Assembly (NCBI GenBank): GCA_945860955.1
Contig: CAMATH010000002.1
Coordinates: 23,085 to 87,084, forward strand
Reading direction: 5' to 3'
Origin: Planctomicrobium piriforme
GTDB lineage: Bacteria > Planctomycetota > Planctomycetia > Planctomycetales > Planctomycetaceae
DNA length: 64,000 nucleotides
Of the stretch, positions 10,186 through 21,600 are shown piece after piece. Position numbers and translations under genes: made by a program. How positions within the stretch are numbered: position 1 is the stretch's first letter; the number at the start of each line of letters is the position of its first letter. A model generated the notes under the pieces. The model searched no databases and was not told the origin of the DNA. It saw nothing but the letters and a program-made list of their open reading frames with translations.

Positions 10186-10665
10186 TTACAGCACCGTCGA
10201 TTCGGAACTTGCGATCTCAATCGTGACCTGCCCGGTGGCCGCGTCCAGTGTCATGCGTCTTCCCTGTTCGCCCCCCAGGTGGCGACCAATGACGGGAATT
10301 CGCAATTCGCCCAGGATTCGTTCGACCGCCTGTGTGTTCATTTCGCCGATCGTAGCAGGTGAACTGGTTGAGTTGAACATGTTCGCTCCCCCGGCGAGTT
10401 TCGCGGTCAGTTTCAAATTCTCCCCAGGCACGACCGCCTGCATCTGCCGGATCAGTTCAGGAAGCGCCGTGTCGGCGTATTTCCCGGGAAGTTCGGGAGT
10501 GCCATTCGCCTTGGGCAATACGATATGCGCCAAACCCGCGACGCGCAGCTTGCGATCGTAAAGGGCGACCCCCAGGCACGATCCTAGCAGGGTGCGCAAC
10601 GCCCCCGTTTCCCGGCAGACGCCGAGTTCACCCATGCGGATCGAGGGTTGAATCTTGGGGGGCAT
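10186..10665 (-). CDS. cheD: chemoreceptor glutamine deamidase CheD
   Basis: Contains LGSCLGVALYD and GLAHIVLP motifs, with the size typical of CheD. Sits in the che operon. Confidence 0.85.
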   Translation of the reverse strand: MPPKIQPSIRMGELGVCRETGALRTLLGSCLGVALYDRKLRVAGLAHIVLPKANGTPELPGKYADTALPELIRQMQAVVPGENLKLTAKLAGGANMFNSTSSPATIGEMNTQAVERILGELRIPVIGRHLGGEQGRRMTLDAATGQVTIEIASSESTVL

Positions 10666-10764
10666 GAGAAGTGCGGGAGGAAGTTCAAAAACTCAATGGC
10701 AAATGTCGAACGAAACTCGACGGCTCGTGGCATCAGGTGGACGCGCTGGATGGCTCGCGCGAGA

Positions 10765-11409
10765 TCACTTCATGCCGAACAGGAGTAGGTTTTCGATGGT
10801 CGTGACGCAGTCGGCGTCGGGGATGAACAACAGGTTCCAGTTGACCGGGGAGCCGTCAATGTGGAATTGGGTCTCCGTCAGAAAGACCAGGTCCGACGCA
10901 GCGGCCTGATTCATCAACGCGAATTGCAGCAGAGATTGCGGATAGTCGTGGGTGAATTGCGGCGGGGAGGGAAGAACCTCATGCGTCGCGGTCCCGTCGT
11001 GGAATGAACGCGACAGCGCGTTCAAATAGGCGCAACCGACAATATTCGCCGTCTCCTGGGCGGCCGACCGCTCGATCTCTCCCCAGGTGGTCGAAGTCCC
11101 CGCAGGCTTCTCCAACAACAGGTCGGCCAAACTCAGCCCGCTGGCATCATCAAACGCGAGAATGAGTTGCCCGGTCACCCGCCCCCGCATCGACATGACG
11201 CACGCCGCGATGGGTGATTCCGAGTCTCCCAGCACCTCCGTCGCGTCGGCGAGCGCCAACTGATCGACCCGTTCGACCGTCATCCGGGCCGGTCGACCCA
11301 ACCAGCGCGACAACGCCGCCGTCGCCTCGGTGGCACCAATGCGAAACAGGTCGGTCAGAGCGGTGAGTTGTTCGGGAGAGAGCATGCGGCGATTCGTTCC
11401 GTGTTCCAA
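10765..11409 (-). CDS. cheC: CheC/CheX-family CheY-P phosphatase-like protein
   Basis: The N-terminal pattern L..L.DLFRIGATEATAALSRWLG resembles CheC-family repeats. Adjacent to cheD. Confidence 0.65.
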   Translation of the reverse strand: MEHGTNRRMLSPEQLTALTDLFRIGATEATAALSRWLGRPARMTVERVDQLALADATEVLGDSESPIAACVMSMRGRVTGQLILAFDDASGLSLADLLLEKPAGTSTTWGEIERSAAQETANIVGCAYLNALSRSFHDGTATHEVLPSPPQFTHDYPQSLLQFALMNQAAASDLVFLTETQFHIDGSPVNWNLLFIPDADCVTTIENLLLFGMK

Positions 11410-11539
11410 TTCGTTTTCGTAGGACGCGTCTCTAACCCGTCCGAATCACGAATTCCGTTTTCGCGATCAACCTTGGTGACTTCCGGCGCGAGTTTGCGGG
11501 TTGAGAGTGAATACTGTGTGGTGTAGGAGGGGGTCTCGC

Positions 11540-11558
11540 GACGGGCCAGAGGCCCGTC
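11540..11558. repeat. GACGGG..CCCGTC hairpin unit (dispersed family)
   Basis: gacgggccagaggcccgtc abuts the cheA stop codon. The 24-nt string gacgggccagaggcccgtcctacg is repeated at 35021-35044. Confidence 0.7.
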
Positions 11559-14102
11559 CTACGAAGAGGAGCCGGCCGTAACCAGTTCCCGTTGGGCCGA
11601 GACGCCGCGAACGTGGACCGCCAGGTCGATGGCCGCCGCCACATCCAGCAGCAGGCAGACCGATCCGTCTCCCAGAATGCTGGCGCCGGAGAGCCCGCGA
11701 ATGTGTACGAAGTTCTCGGCGAGCGATTTGATCACAATGTCCTGGCCGCCGTGCAGTTCGTCGACCCGCAATCCAATCGTCTCGTTCGTCGCCTGCAGAA
11801 TCACGACGTTGACCCGTTTGGCATCCCTGCTGGCGGGAACGGTGTGATTCGTCGTTGGCTCGTGCCAGTCGAACACGTCGTCAATATCGACCAGGGGAAT
11901 GAATTCGCCCCGGACTTCGAACGTGTGTCGACCGTGAATCGTCACAATCTCCGCGAGCGGGACCGAGACAATTTCCCGAACGCCGTCGATGGGGACCGCG
12001 AACATGCCGTGCCGCAGGCGGAACAGCAGACAGCGGATGATCGCCAGCGTGAGCGGCAGTCGAATCGAAATCGTGGTTCCCCGTTCGAGCGCGGTTTCGA
12101 CGCTGATGGTTCCGTTCAGCTCGGCGATGCGGGTCTTCACGATGTCCATGCCGACCCCTCGGCCCGAGATATCGGAAACCACGTCGGCGGTGCTGAAGCC
12201 GGGATGCCAGATGTACTCGATAATCTCGGCATCACCCAATTGAGCCGCGCCGTCGGATGAGATCAGGCCGCGCTCGACAATGCGTTTGCGGATCTTCGCC
12301 GCGTTGATTCCTCCGCCATCGTCGCGGACGTGAATGTAAACGTTGTTGCCGCTATGGACCGCTTCCAGTGTCAGGGTGCCGGCGGCGGGTTTGCCCCGTT
12401 GCACCCGCAGGTCGGCTGGCTCGAGTCCATGGTCGATCGCGTTCCGAACCAGATGCACCAGCGGATCGCCGAGTTCGTCGATCATCCGCTTGTCGAGTTC
12501 GGTCTTTTCGCCATGAATCTCCAGATGGACCTGCTTCCCCAGTTCCTGCGAAATATCGCGGACGACCCGTTTGAACCGGTTGAACAGTGGACCCACCGGA
12601 ACCATCCGCGTGTCGAGAACACCCCGTTGCAGGCTGTCGGAAACGCGGGTCAACTGGTTGACCGCCTCGGTGATTTGCGTGAAGCACCGCCGGCCTTCTT
12701 CCCACAGCCGGGCCTGCGCTTCGACCGCGTCGATTTCCGATTCGAGTTCCAGCAGTTGCTGCGACCATTCGTCGCGTCGACCGTCGGCATCGTCGGCGCG
12801 GTGCGCTTTGAGATCGTCGAACAAGCGACGCATCGTCTCGCCAAACGCGCGGGTTCGTCCCGACTTCTTGAACGCCGGCCCCATCTGGCGAGAGATCTGC
12901 ACGAACCGGGCGTTGGTCACCACCAGTTCACCCGCCAGATTCAACAGATCATCCAGTCGATCAATGTCGACCCGCACGGTTTCGACGACCCGGGCTTTGT
13001 GTTCCGCGTCGGGAGTTTCCCCGGCATTGGCACCGGCGGCCGCCGCGATGTCGCGCGAATCGGGAATCGGTTTGTCGGCCGCCGAAGGTTTCGCGACGGG
13101 TTGTGACACCGGCGTTGGAGTGGACGGAGCCGCCGCGGAAGGCGCGACGACAACCGCCGCTTCTGCGAGGTCCGACTCACTTGCATCAGACGTCGCTTCC
13201 GCGAGGACGGTCCGATCCAACTCAAGCGGCTGCGAGTCGCGATCCATCTCGACCAGTTCAACACCCCCGACGTCGGCGGCGGCGCGCAGCTCGGCCGCCG
13301 GACGATCGCTCGCTACCAAAACCTGCAAGCGATGACCGTCGGCGACGGTCGCGAGATGCTCTCGATCGGGCTCGGATCTGCGGATCTCGCTCAGGTCGGC
13401 GAGCCGCGCCAGAATCAATTCCGCCTTCAGGTCGGCCAATTGCAGCGTCGACTCGAAGCGGACGGTGATTCGCCAGTGATACGTCCCGTGCGAAGCGGCG
13501 CGTTCCTTCTTGGACTCCACCGTAGCGACGGCCGGCGTTTCCAACTGTGGTTCCGCGGGAGGCGCGACGGGTGTCTCGACGATGGACTCTTCGACTCGTG
13601 CGACGACCAGCGCGGGTTCAGAGACCGGCTCGGGGGCCACCGATTCGTGAATCGCGGGCGAAGCGCCGGGCGGCTCGGCCTCCCGGGGCGTGGCGACATG
13701 CCGCCCGAGTTCCTCAAGCAGTTCGGGAGCGCTTGCCAGCGCCTGCCCATTGCGCAGCCGGGTGTTGCATTCGCGCAGAAAATCGATGCAGCGCAGAACC
13801 AGATCCATCATGGGACCGTCGAGGATCTGCATGCCCGAGCGAATGCGTTCGAAATGATTCTCCAGGTGATGGGTCAGCACGGTGATGCTGTCCAGCCCCA
13901 TCATCGCCGACGATCCCTTGATCGAATGGATCAGTCGAAACGCTTCGTTATGGTTCCCCTTGTGAGTCGGGTTCCCCTCCAATGCCAACAGCGTTTCGAC
14001 CAGAGCGTCGAGCTGCTCGGCGGTCTCGTCGAGGTACATCTGAAGGTAGGTGGCCATCTCCTCGGAGGGGAGGCCGGTCGAGAAACTGAATTCGTCACTC
14101 AC
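11559..14102 (-). CDS. cheA: chemotaxis histidine kinase CheA
   Basis: HPt domain (FRLIHSIKGSSAMMG), a long Pro/Ala/Glu-rich linker, a dimerisation/HATPase domain (DHGLE, GRGVGMD) and a C-terminal CheW-like domain. Confidence 0.9.
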   Translation of the reverse strand: MSDEFSFSTGLPSEEMATYLQMYLDETAEQLDALVETLLALEGNPTHKGNHNEAFRLIHSIKGSSAMMGLDSITVLTHHLENHFERIRSGMQILDGPMMDLVLRCIDFLRECNTRLRNGQALASAPELLEELGRHVATPREAEPPGASPAIHESVAPEPVSEPALVVARVEESIVETPVAPPAEPQLETPAVATVESKKERAASHGTYHWRITVRFESTLQLADLKAELILARLADLSEIRRSEPDREHLATVADGHRLQVLVASDRPAAELRAAADVGGVELVEMDRDSQPLELDRTVLAEATSDASESDLAEAAVVVAPSAAAPSTPTPVSQPVAKPSAADKPIPDSRDIAAAAGANAGETPDAEHKARVVETVRVDIDRLDDLLNLAGELVVTNARFVQISRQMGPAFKKSGRTRAFGETMRRLFDDLKAHRADDADGRRDEWSQQLLELESEIDAVEAQARLWEEGRRCFTQITEAVNQLTRVSDSLQRGVLDTRMVPVGPLFNRFKRVVRDISQELGKQVHLEIHGEKTELDKRMIDELGDPLVHLVRNAIDHGLEPADLRVQRGKPAAGTLTLEAVHSGNNVYIHVRDDGGGINAAKIRKRIVERGLISSDGAAQLGDAEIIEYIWHPGFSTADVVSDISGRGVGMDIVKTRIAELNGTISVETALERGTTISIRLPLTLAIIRCLLFRLRHGMFAVPIDGVREIVSVPLAEIVTIHGRHTFEVRGEFIPLVDIDDVFDWHEPTTNHTVPASRDAKRVNVVILQATNETIGLRVDELHGGQDIVIKSLAENFVHIRGLSGASILGDGSVCLLLDVAAAIDLAVHVRGVSAQRELVTAGSSS

Positions 14103-14118
14103 GGTCGTTGGCCCCGGC

Positions 14119-15042
14119 CTAGGATTTCTGATAGGCGAAGGTCGAACGCTTCACCAGTGGAGAGAGCATGTCATAAATCCCTTCGGATGGCCCGACGACC
14201 AGGTACCCCCCCGGAGCCAGCGCATTCACCAGGTTGTTGATCACCACCTGCTTCGACGCCCGGTCGAAATAGATCAGCACGTTGCGAATGAAGATGCAGT
14301 CGAACGGCGGCAGCTTCAGTGGCTCCATCAGATTGTGTCGGCGAAACTCCACCATCTCGCGGAGCGCCGGCCGCACCGTGTATGTCGCGTCGTCGGCCGA
14401 CGCGTCGAATTGTCGCCTCAACCTCGATTCCGAAACTTCGTCGAGCGACCGCTTCTTGTACGTTGCGACCCGCGCGTCGCGCAGGACCGCTTCGCTGATG
14501 TCGGTCCCGACGATTGTCGTCTTCCAGCCGTGCAGCTTGATCGACGACTCCTGCACGCAGATGGCGATGGAATACGCCTCTTCTCCTGTGCTGCACGCCG
14601 CCGACCAGACCCGCAGTTTCTTGGAAAGCGCTCCGGCCTGAGGACGCTGCACCAGCTCGTCGAGAAATTCCCCCTTGAACCAGTCAAAGTGATGCGGAGT
14701 GCGGAAGAAGTACGTCTCGTTCGTTGTGACCGCATCGAGAAACTGTTCCAGTTCACCCGCACCGGCGGCCGAATTCAGGAACTTGTAGTAGGCGTCGAAA
14801 TCGGCCTGCTGACAGGCCTTCAGCCGCCTGCGGATCCGATTGCTCACCAGCGTGACCTTCGCCAGGTCGACGCGGATCCCGCTGTGCCGGTAGATGAACT
14901 CCCGGAACAGTTCGAACTGCCGCGTCGACAGCTTATCGGGCTCCATCGGCTGGGTCTGAATCGCGATGAGCGGCATGAGAAAACTCCCTCGGCGACACCG
15001 GCTGCCGGTTGCGGGCGTCGCCATGGAACGGGGACCAGTCAC
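14119..15042 (-). CDS. cheR: chemotaxis protein methyltransferase CheR
   Basis: Contains FELFREFIYRHSGI, TNETYFFR, VWSAACSTGEE and FCRNVLIYF-like (IFIRNVLIYF) motifs. The true start is possibly internal (MPLIAIQ or MEPDKL). Confidence 0.9.
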   Translation of the reverse strand: MTGPRSMATPATGSRCRRGSFLMPLIAIQTQPMEPDKLSTRQFELFREFIYRHSGIRVDLAKVTLVSNRIRRRLKACQQADFDAYYKFLNSAAGAGELEQFLDAVTTNETYFFRTPHHFDWFKGEFLDELVQRPQAGALSKKLRVWSAACSTGEEAYSIAICVQESSIKLHGWKTTIVGTDISEAVLRDARVATYKKRSLDEVSESRLRRQFDASADDATYTVRPALREMVEFRRHNLMEPLKLPPFDCIFIRNVLIYFDRASKQVVINNLVNALAPGGYLVVGPSEGIYDMLSPLVKRSTFAYQKS

Positions 15043-15098
15043 CTTATCGAAATCAATCCCGACAATCGATTGATTTCGTCAATCTCGTTTCCTCCCGG

Positions 15099-16505
15099 TC
15101 AAGCCTTGAACTTCGCGACCAGATCACGCAGGGTCTGGGCCTGTGCGCCGAGTTCTTCCGCGCTGGCGGCCATTTCCTCGGCGGAGGCTGCGTTGGATTC
15201 CGTCGTACTCGAGACCGAGCGGATCGCCGTCTTCACCTGGGTGGCGCTGGCGGCCTGCGTTTCGGTCGATTCCGCGATCCGCGAAATCCCCTGTGCCGTT
15301 TTGTCCACCGCCTCGACAATCGCCTTCAGCGACTGCCCCACCTTGCTCGACAGCGCGGCGCCCTCTTCAACCCGGCGTGACGATTCTTTGATGAGCTGGG
15401 TAATTTCTTTGGCCGCCTCGCTCGATCGCTCGGCGAGTTTACGGACTTCGTCGGCGACGACCGCGAAACCCAGGCCATGCTCGCCAGCCCGCGCCGCTTC
15501 GATCGCCGCGTTAAGAGCCAGCAGATTCGTCTGACTCGCGATCTCGCTGATCACCTGAATGATGTCGTTGATCTGCTCGCTGGACTTCTGGATCAGCTTC
15601 ATCGCCGAAACCGCTTCGGCGACCGCCGTCCCCCCTCCCTGGGCGAGCGTGGTCGATTCATCAGCCTGTGATTTCGCTTCCGCCGAGTTCTTCGAAATCA
15701 CCTCGATGGAATCGATGAGCTGTTCGACCGAGGCCGACATTTCCTCGACGGCGGCGGCCTGGGTTTGCGCACCTTCACTGAGGTTGGCGCTGCTCTCGGC
15801 GATCGTCCGGGCCCCTTCGTTCTGCTGGTTGGCCGCTTCAATGACCTGTCCGATCACGTTGCGCAGGTCGGCGAGCATCCGCTTCATGCCGGAACCAAGA
15901 CGTCCCATGTCGTCCTCGCCCGTCAGGCCCACCTCCTGGGTCAGATCGCCATCGGCCGCCGACGTGACCACCTTGACAAGTGTGTTCACCTTGCGTTCCA
16001 GGTCCTCCCGGGCGGCGATCTGCGCGGCCTGCAGGCGCTGCTGTTCTTGCTCGGACTTCAACTTCTCGACTGCGACATCGGTCACGTCAGCGGCGAATTT
16101 GATCACCTTCACCGGCCGGCCTGTCTTGTCAAGCACCGGGTTGTAAGTGGCCTGCAGCCAGACCTCGCGGCCACCGCGCGCCAGCCGGCGAAACTGACCG
16201 ATGTGGAACTCACCTCGATTGAGCTTGCTCCAGAATTCGCGATATTCGCCGCTGTTGCGCGTGGCCTCGTCGACGAACATGCTGTGGTGCTGTCCGCGGA
16301 CTTGATCCAGCGTATAACCCATCACGTGGAGGAAGTTCTCGTTCGCGCTCACGATGGTTCCATCCATCTCGAACTCGATCAATGCCTGCGATCGGTTCAG
16401 TGCGTCGATGGTCGCAGTCCGGTCGCTGGCCTGCGCGGCACCGCGGGATGCGGTGGGCTTGGCGGCTGGTTTGTTGCCGTTGGAACGGGAGCGTGGTTCG
16501 ACCAT
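15099..16505 (-). CDS. soluble PAS-domain methyl-accepting chemotaxis protein
   Basis: PAS-like N-terminal region ([24 protein letters not shown]). C-terminal MCP signalling hairpin ([40 protein letters not shown]). I found no TM segment. Confidence 0.9.
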   Translation of the reverse strand: MVEPRSRSNGNKPAAKPTASRGAAQASDRTATIDALNRSQALIEFEMDGTIVSANENFLHVMGYTLDQVRGQHHSMFVDEATRNSGEYREFWSKLNRGEFHIGQFRRLARGGREVWLQATYNPVLDKTGRPVKVIKFAADVTDVAVEKLKSEQEQQRLQAAQIAAREDLERKVNTLVKVVTSAADGDLTQEVGLTGEDDMGRLGSGMKRMLADLRNVIGQVIEAANQQNEGARTIAESSANLSEGAQTQAAAVEEMSASVEQLIDSIEVISKNSAEAKSQADESTTLAQGGGTAVAEAVSAMKLIQKSSEQINDIIQVISEIASQTNLLALNAAIEAARAGEHGLGFAVVADEVRKLAERSSEAAKEITQLIKESSRRVEEGAALSSKVGQSLKAIVEAVDKTAQGISRIAESTETQAASATQVKTAIRSVSSTTESNAASAEEMAASAEELGAQAQTLRDLVAKFKA

Positions 16506-16569
16506 GGTACGGTATCCGGGTGACTAGCGCGGGGTGTGGAAATCGAATCGTGAGTGAAGCGAGCCGGGA

Positions 16570-17085
16570 TTAACCCGGTTTCGCGAGATCAAGCGTGGCG
16601 GCCTGATTGACCTGTTCGAGTTTGCGCGGGTCGAGCAACTGGTCAATGTCGAGCAGAATCAGCAGTTTGCCATCGACGCGTGCGAAGCCCGAGATGTAAT
16701 GCGCGCCATTGCCGGTGACCGTTTCCGGAGCCGCCTGAATGTTCTCTTCCGGAATCCGAATGACCTGCGAAACCAGATCGACCGTGCAGCCCATCGTCCG
16801 TTCACCGACGTTGACCACAATCGTCCGCGTGTTTCCGTCGGACGGTTTGGGGGTCAGCCGAAACAGCTTGCGGAGGTTGATGATCGGAATGATCGATCCC
16901 CGCAGATTGGCGACTCCTTCGACAAAGTCGGGAACCTGCGGAGTTTTCGTCACCTGATTCAGAATCACGATTTCCTGAATCTGATCGATACGAAACGCGT
17001 ACGCCTGACCGTCCAGTTCGAACCCGACGAACTGCGAAGTATTCCGGCGCTGGCTGGCGGTGGCAGTCTGAGGAGGTGTGCTCAT
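16570..17085 (-). CDS. cheW: chemotaxis coupling protein CheW
   Basis: 171-aa CheW-like domain (FVGFELDGQAYAFRIDQIQEI..VANLRGSIIPIINLRK). First gene of the che operon. Confidence 0.9.
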   Translation of the reverse strand: MSTPPQTATASQRRNTSQFVGFELDGQAYAFRIDQIQEIVILNQVTKTPQVPDFVEGVANLRGSIIPIINLRKLFRLTPKPSDGNTRTIVVNVGERTMGCTVDLVSQVIRIPEENIQAAPETVTGNGAHYISGFARVDGKLLILLDIDQLLDPRKLEQVNQAATLDLAKPG

Positions 17086-17286
17086 GGTCCAGATAGTATG
17101 GATCGCGATTCAAGGGCTTGCCATCACATCTTTTCCAAAATGCCTATTTTTTCTGGAGGGTGTTTACCAGCCCGCCCTGCGAATTCGGAGCATTCCTTAT
17201 GATTGTTATATCCGCACCATTCGATCACGCGCCATGGCTTCCCCCCTCGGGTTGATAAAAACTCAATCGTCAAGACCGAATTTCCA

Positions 17287-18576
17287 TCACCCGATCGTGG
17301 CTCTGTTTGAAAACAGCATTTCCTCCAGCGCATCGCACGCGGCGTCGACGCCGCGCTCGGCTGAGACCTGTCGCCCTACTTCCGCCGCCCGGGTCGAATA
17401 CGCGGGCGTTTCGAGCAATGTCTGCAGTTCCCGGGCCGCTCGTTCGGCAGTGTATTGCCGGCGAAAAATGGTTCGCGAACATCCCAGCCGTTTCACACGG
17501 GCCGCGTTGTCAAACTGGTCATGCGAGAACGGCATCACCAGAGTGGGACGCCCGGAACGCATCCCCTGACCGGTTGTTCCCACTCCCCCCTGATGCACAA
17601 TCGCGGCGGCGCGGGGAAACAGCTCCGTGAACGGAGCGTAGTCACACGCGATCACTCCTGGGGGCAATCGATCGGGGGTATTCCCGGTCTCTTTCCCAAC
17701 CAGCAGGATCGCGCGACGCCCCAACCGCTCGGCCGCCCGCGCGCTCACGTCGTAAAAGTTCCCCGCGGTCTGAACCGCCGCCGACCCCAGTGTGAACACA
17801 ATCGGCGACTCCCCCGCGTCGAGAAACTCGTTCAGTTCCGGGGAGAGTCCGTTGCTTCCATCATGCCGGTCGTAAAACGGAAAGCCGGTCATCTTCGTGT
17901 TCACCGGCCAGTCGGGTTGCGGCTCGGCCAGAAGTCGCGAAAAGATCGCCAACGCCAGTTGCGGTGAATGAATTCCGTCGGTGATTGGATTTCCGTTGTA
18001 GGCGCGAAGCCCCAGTTCGGCTCGAAGCGTTCGCCATTCGTGACACCAGGATTTTGTCATTCGTTTTGCCAGCCACAGAAGCGGCCCGAAAAACCCGCGT
18101 CCCAGAAACCGTAGCCGATCGAGTCCCGGTACCGGCGGCAACACCGGCGGATCGTACGACGAAAAAAAACAGAGCGGTGCCGGATTGATCGAAGCCCACG
18201 GAATACCGGTCTTGTCGGCGACCAGTTGAGCGGCATACGGAATCACATGCGATACCAACAGGTCCGCGCCCTGTGTCACGCGGATGAGATCCTCATAGGT
18301 TTCCCGCAGGGTCGGCATCATCAATTCTTTGACGATCATCTCGGGGCCCTTCCGGTCATCCATCACCCGGGCCATCAGGTCCCGATCTTTGCCGTCAGGC
18401 AAATCGGGTCGGATCGGCGCGAATTTCAGTCCCGTCGCCGCAACCTTGTCGCGGTAGAATTCAGCGGTGGCCAGAGTCACGTCGTGACCGCGGTCGCGCA
18501 TGCCCAGAGCGATCCCCAGATGGGGATGCAGATCGCCCAGCGATCCAAACGTGTTGAAGACGACTTGACGGGACAC
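17287..18576 (-). CDS. GT1-family (MGT/UDP-glycosyltransferase-like) glycosyltransferase
   Basis: N-terminus FNTFGSLGDLHPHLGIALGMRDRGHDV. C-terminal HQGGVGTTGQGMRSGRPTLVMPFSHDQFDNA nucleotide-sugar binding motif. Confidence 0.8.
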   Translation of the reverse strand: MSRQVVFNTFGSLGDLHPHLGIALGMRDRGHDVTLATAEFYRDKVAATGLKFAPIRPDLPDGKDRDLMARVMDDRKGPEMIVKELMMPTLRETYEDLIRVTQGADLLVSHVIPYAAQLVADKTGIPWASINPAPLCFFSSYDPPVLPPVPGLDRLRFLGRGFFGPLLWLAKRMTKSWCHEWRTLRAELGLRAYNGNPITDGIHSPQLALAIFSRLLAEPQPDWPVNTKMTGFPFYDRHDGSNGLSPELNEFLDAGESPIVFTLGSAAVQTAGNFYDVSARAAERLGRRAILLVGKETGNTPDRLPPGVIACDYAPFTELFPRAAAIVHQGGVGTTGQGMRSGRPTLVMPFSHDQFDNAARVKRLGCSRTIFRRQYTAERAARELQTLLETPAYSTRAAEVGRQVSAERGVDAACDALEEMLFSNRATIG

Positions 18577-18622
18577 AGAAATTTCCCCGGGAGAATTGTG
18601 GAAAAAGTTGCGAAAACCGGGC

Positions 18623-21600
18623 CTACGACTGCCGATTCATGCTGCCACGCTTCTTTGGGGTCGCGACAAACTGCACATTTCCCGGCCCCAGCACGTTTTG
18701 CAACTCGGTCGCCAGATTGGGAGAAGGACTGACCTTCATGTTGGGACCGGGAGCCAGAATGTACCGGAACTTCAAACTCGGGTTCACCTCGTCAAAGCTC
18801 TCGATCACAATCGCCACATCACACCGCCCCGGGTATTTTTGCAGAATGTTCCGCACCCCATCGAAGTCTTCCGGACGGTGCATCTCGCGCTGAAACTTGA
18901 TCGCCACCTGGTCGGTGAACCGCTTGTCGGCCTCTTCCAGCGTGATCAGTGAATCGACCACCAGGTTTGGTTCCCGACCGCGTTTGTCGACCCGCCCTTC
19001 AATGAAACAGATCGTCTCGGTCTTCACCTGCTCGCCGTACTTGGCGAAGTCCTCCGGCCACATGATGCATCGCATGTTCCCCTTCACGTCTTCGAAATCG
19101 AAGTTCGCGTAGCGGGTGTGCCCGTTGCGGCTCGGTTTCTTCGTGTTCGTTCGTTTGATCGACGAGATCATTCCCCCCAGCCGTATCTGAGCCCCCTCGG
19201 CACAGGTCGCCAGGTCGCATGAGTAATGGCTGGCGTAGAGCTGCAACTTGGCCGCGTGTTCCATCAACGGATGACTGGTCAGATAGAAGCCGAACACCTC
19301 CTTCTCGGCGGCCAGCTTCTCGGCCTGAGTCATGGGGGGCACGTCGGGCAGCACGATCGAAGGTTGCGGGGCGGCCCCTGGTTTCTTGTCGTCGTCGCCG
19401 CCGAACAGGCTCTTTTGCCCTGCAGCCTTGTCGCGCGCCCGAGAGGCGGCGGCCTGAATCGCGCGATCCACCATCGCCAAATGCTGATTGCGATCGGGAC
19501 CGAACGAATCGAGTCCCCCCGCGCGAATCAGGATTTCCAGTACCCCCTTCGACACCTGTTTCGTGTCGACCCGTTCGCACAGATCGAACAGGTCTTTGAA
19601 CGGGCCTCCTTTCTGCCGGGCTTTCACGATCGCGGTGACCGCCCCTTCCCCCACACCCTTAATCGCCGCCATCCCGAACGTCAGGCTGTCGCCGTCGACA
19701 CCGAATTCGACGTCGGACTTGTTGAGATCGGGGGCCAGTACCTTGATCTTCATCCGCCGACAGTCGTCGACATGCTCATAGATGCGATCGGTATCTTCCA
19801 TCCCGCACGTCAGCAGGGCGGCCATGAACTCGACCGGGTAATGCGCCTTCAGATACGCGGTCTGGTAGGCGATCGCCGCATAGGCGGTCGAGTGCGACTT
19901 GTTGAACCCGTAGCCGGCGAATTTCTCGATCAGGCCGAACAGATTCTCGGCCTCGGCACCCGCCATTCCCCGTTCCTGCGCCCCTTTGACGAAATCTTCC
20001 CGCCCCTTCGCGATGGTCTCCAGTTTCTTCTTCGAGATCGCCTTGATACAGGCATACGCTTTCGAGAGATCAATTCCTCCCAGACGGTTCAAAATCCGCA
20101 TCACCTGTTCCTGGTAGACCATGACGCCGTAGGTCTCGTTCAGGATGTCGTCGACGACCGGATGCACCTTGGGAATCGGCTCGACGCCGTGTTTGACGTT
20201 CACGTAAGTCATCACCATCCCCCCTTCCAGCGGGCCGGGGCGATACAGCGCGGACGTGGCGATGATGTCGGCGAACGAGTCTGGCTTCATCTTGGTCAAG
20301 AGGTCGCGGATCCCCCCCCCTTCCAACTGAAAAATCCCCTTCGTCTCGCCCCGTTGCAGCAGACGAAACGTCGCTTCGTCGTCCAAGGGGAATGTCAGCG
20401 GATCGAGTTCCAGTCCCCGCACCTTTTTGACGTTCTGCACCGCCTTGTCGAGGATCGTGAGGTTCCGCAACCCCAGGAAGTCCATCTTCAGCAGCCCGGC
20501 CTTTTCCACGTCGGCCATCGGCCACTGCGTGGTGACGTCGTCGCGACCGCTCACCTTTTGCAGCGGGACGTAATCCGTCAACGGCGAGTCGGCGATCACC
20601 ACCCCCGCGGCGTGCGTCCCCGCGCTCTTCGCCAGACCTTCCAGTTTCATCCCGAAGTCGATCACCTCGCGCACCATCGGGTCGGCTTCATACGCCGCCT
20701 TCAGGTCCGCGCCACTCTCCAGCGCCTCTTCCAGCGTGATGTGCAGTTCCATCGGAACCGACTTGGCGACGGCGTCGGCGCGGTCGAGCGGCAGCGCGAG
20801 CGCGCGGGCCACGTCCCGAATCACCGCCTTCGCCCCCAAGGTGCCAAACGTGCCGATCTGCGCGACGTTGTCCTTCCCGTACTTCTGCTTGACGTAATCC
20901 AGCACCATCCCCCGCCGGTCACGGCAGAAGTCGATATCGATATCGGGCGCCTCGGCCCGGTTCGGATCGAGAAATCGCTCAAACAGCAGGTCGTACTTCA
21001 GTGGGCAGACGTTGCTCAATCCCAGCAGAAACGCCACGATCGCGCCACACGCGGACCCTCTGGCGAGCGCGGGAATGCCATTCTCGCGCGCGAACCGGGC
21101 GAAGTCCCACACGATGAGGAAGTAACTCGAAAACCCCATTCGCGTGATGACCCCCAGCTCGTATTCGAGCCGATCCAGCACGTCTTTGCCCGGGTTGTCT
21201 CCGTAACGCCACTTGAGTCCTTCGTTGCACAATTCGCGCAGGTACTCGACGTCGGTCTTCCCCTCGGGCGCTTTGAAAACCGGAAAGTGACGCTTTTTGA
21301 GATCGAGATCGATATCGACCCCATTGGCGATCTCCTGCGTGCGGGCGACCGCGTCTTCAAAACCGGGAAACGCCGAGTACATCTCGTCCGGTGTGCGGAT
21401 GAAGAACTGATCCCCCGTCATCTTCATCCGCTTTTCGTCGGATCGCAGCGAGTGCGTGTTGACGCACAACAGCACGTCGTGCCAGCAGGCGTCTTCCTGA
21501 TTCAGGTAGTGCGCGTCGTTCGTGGCGACCAGCGGAATCCCCATGCGGTTCGCCAGATCGACCGTTCCGTCGGCACAGCGCTTTTGAATATCGAGGCCGG

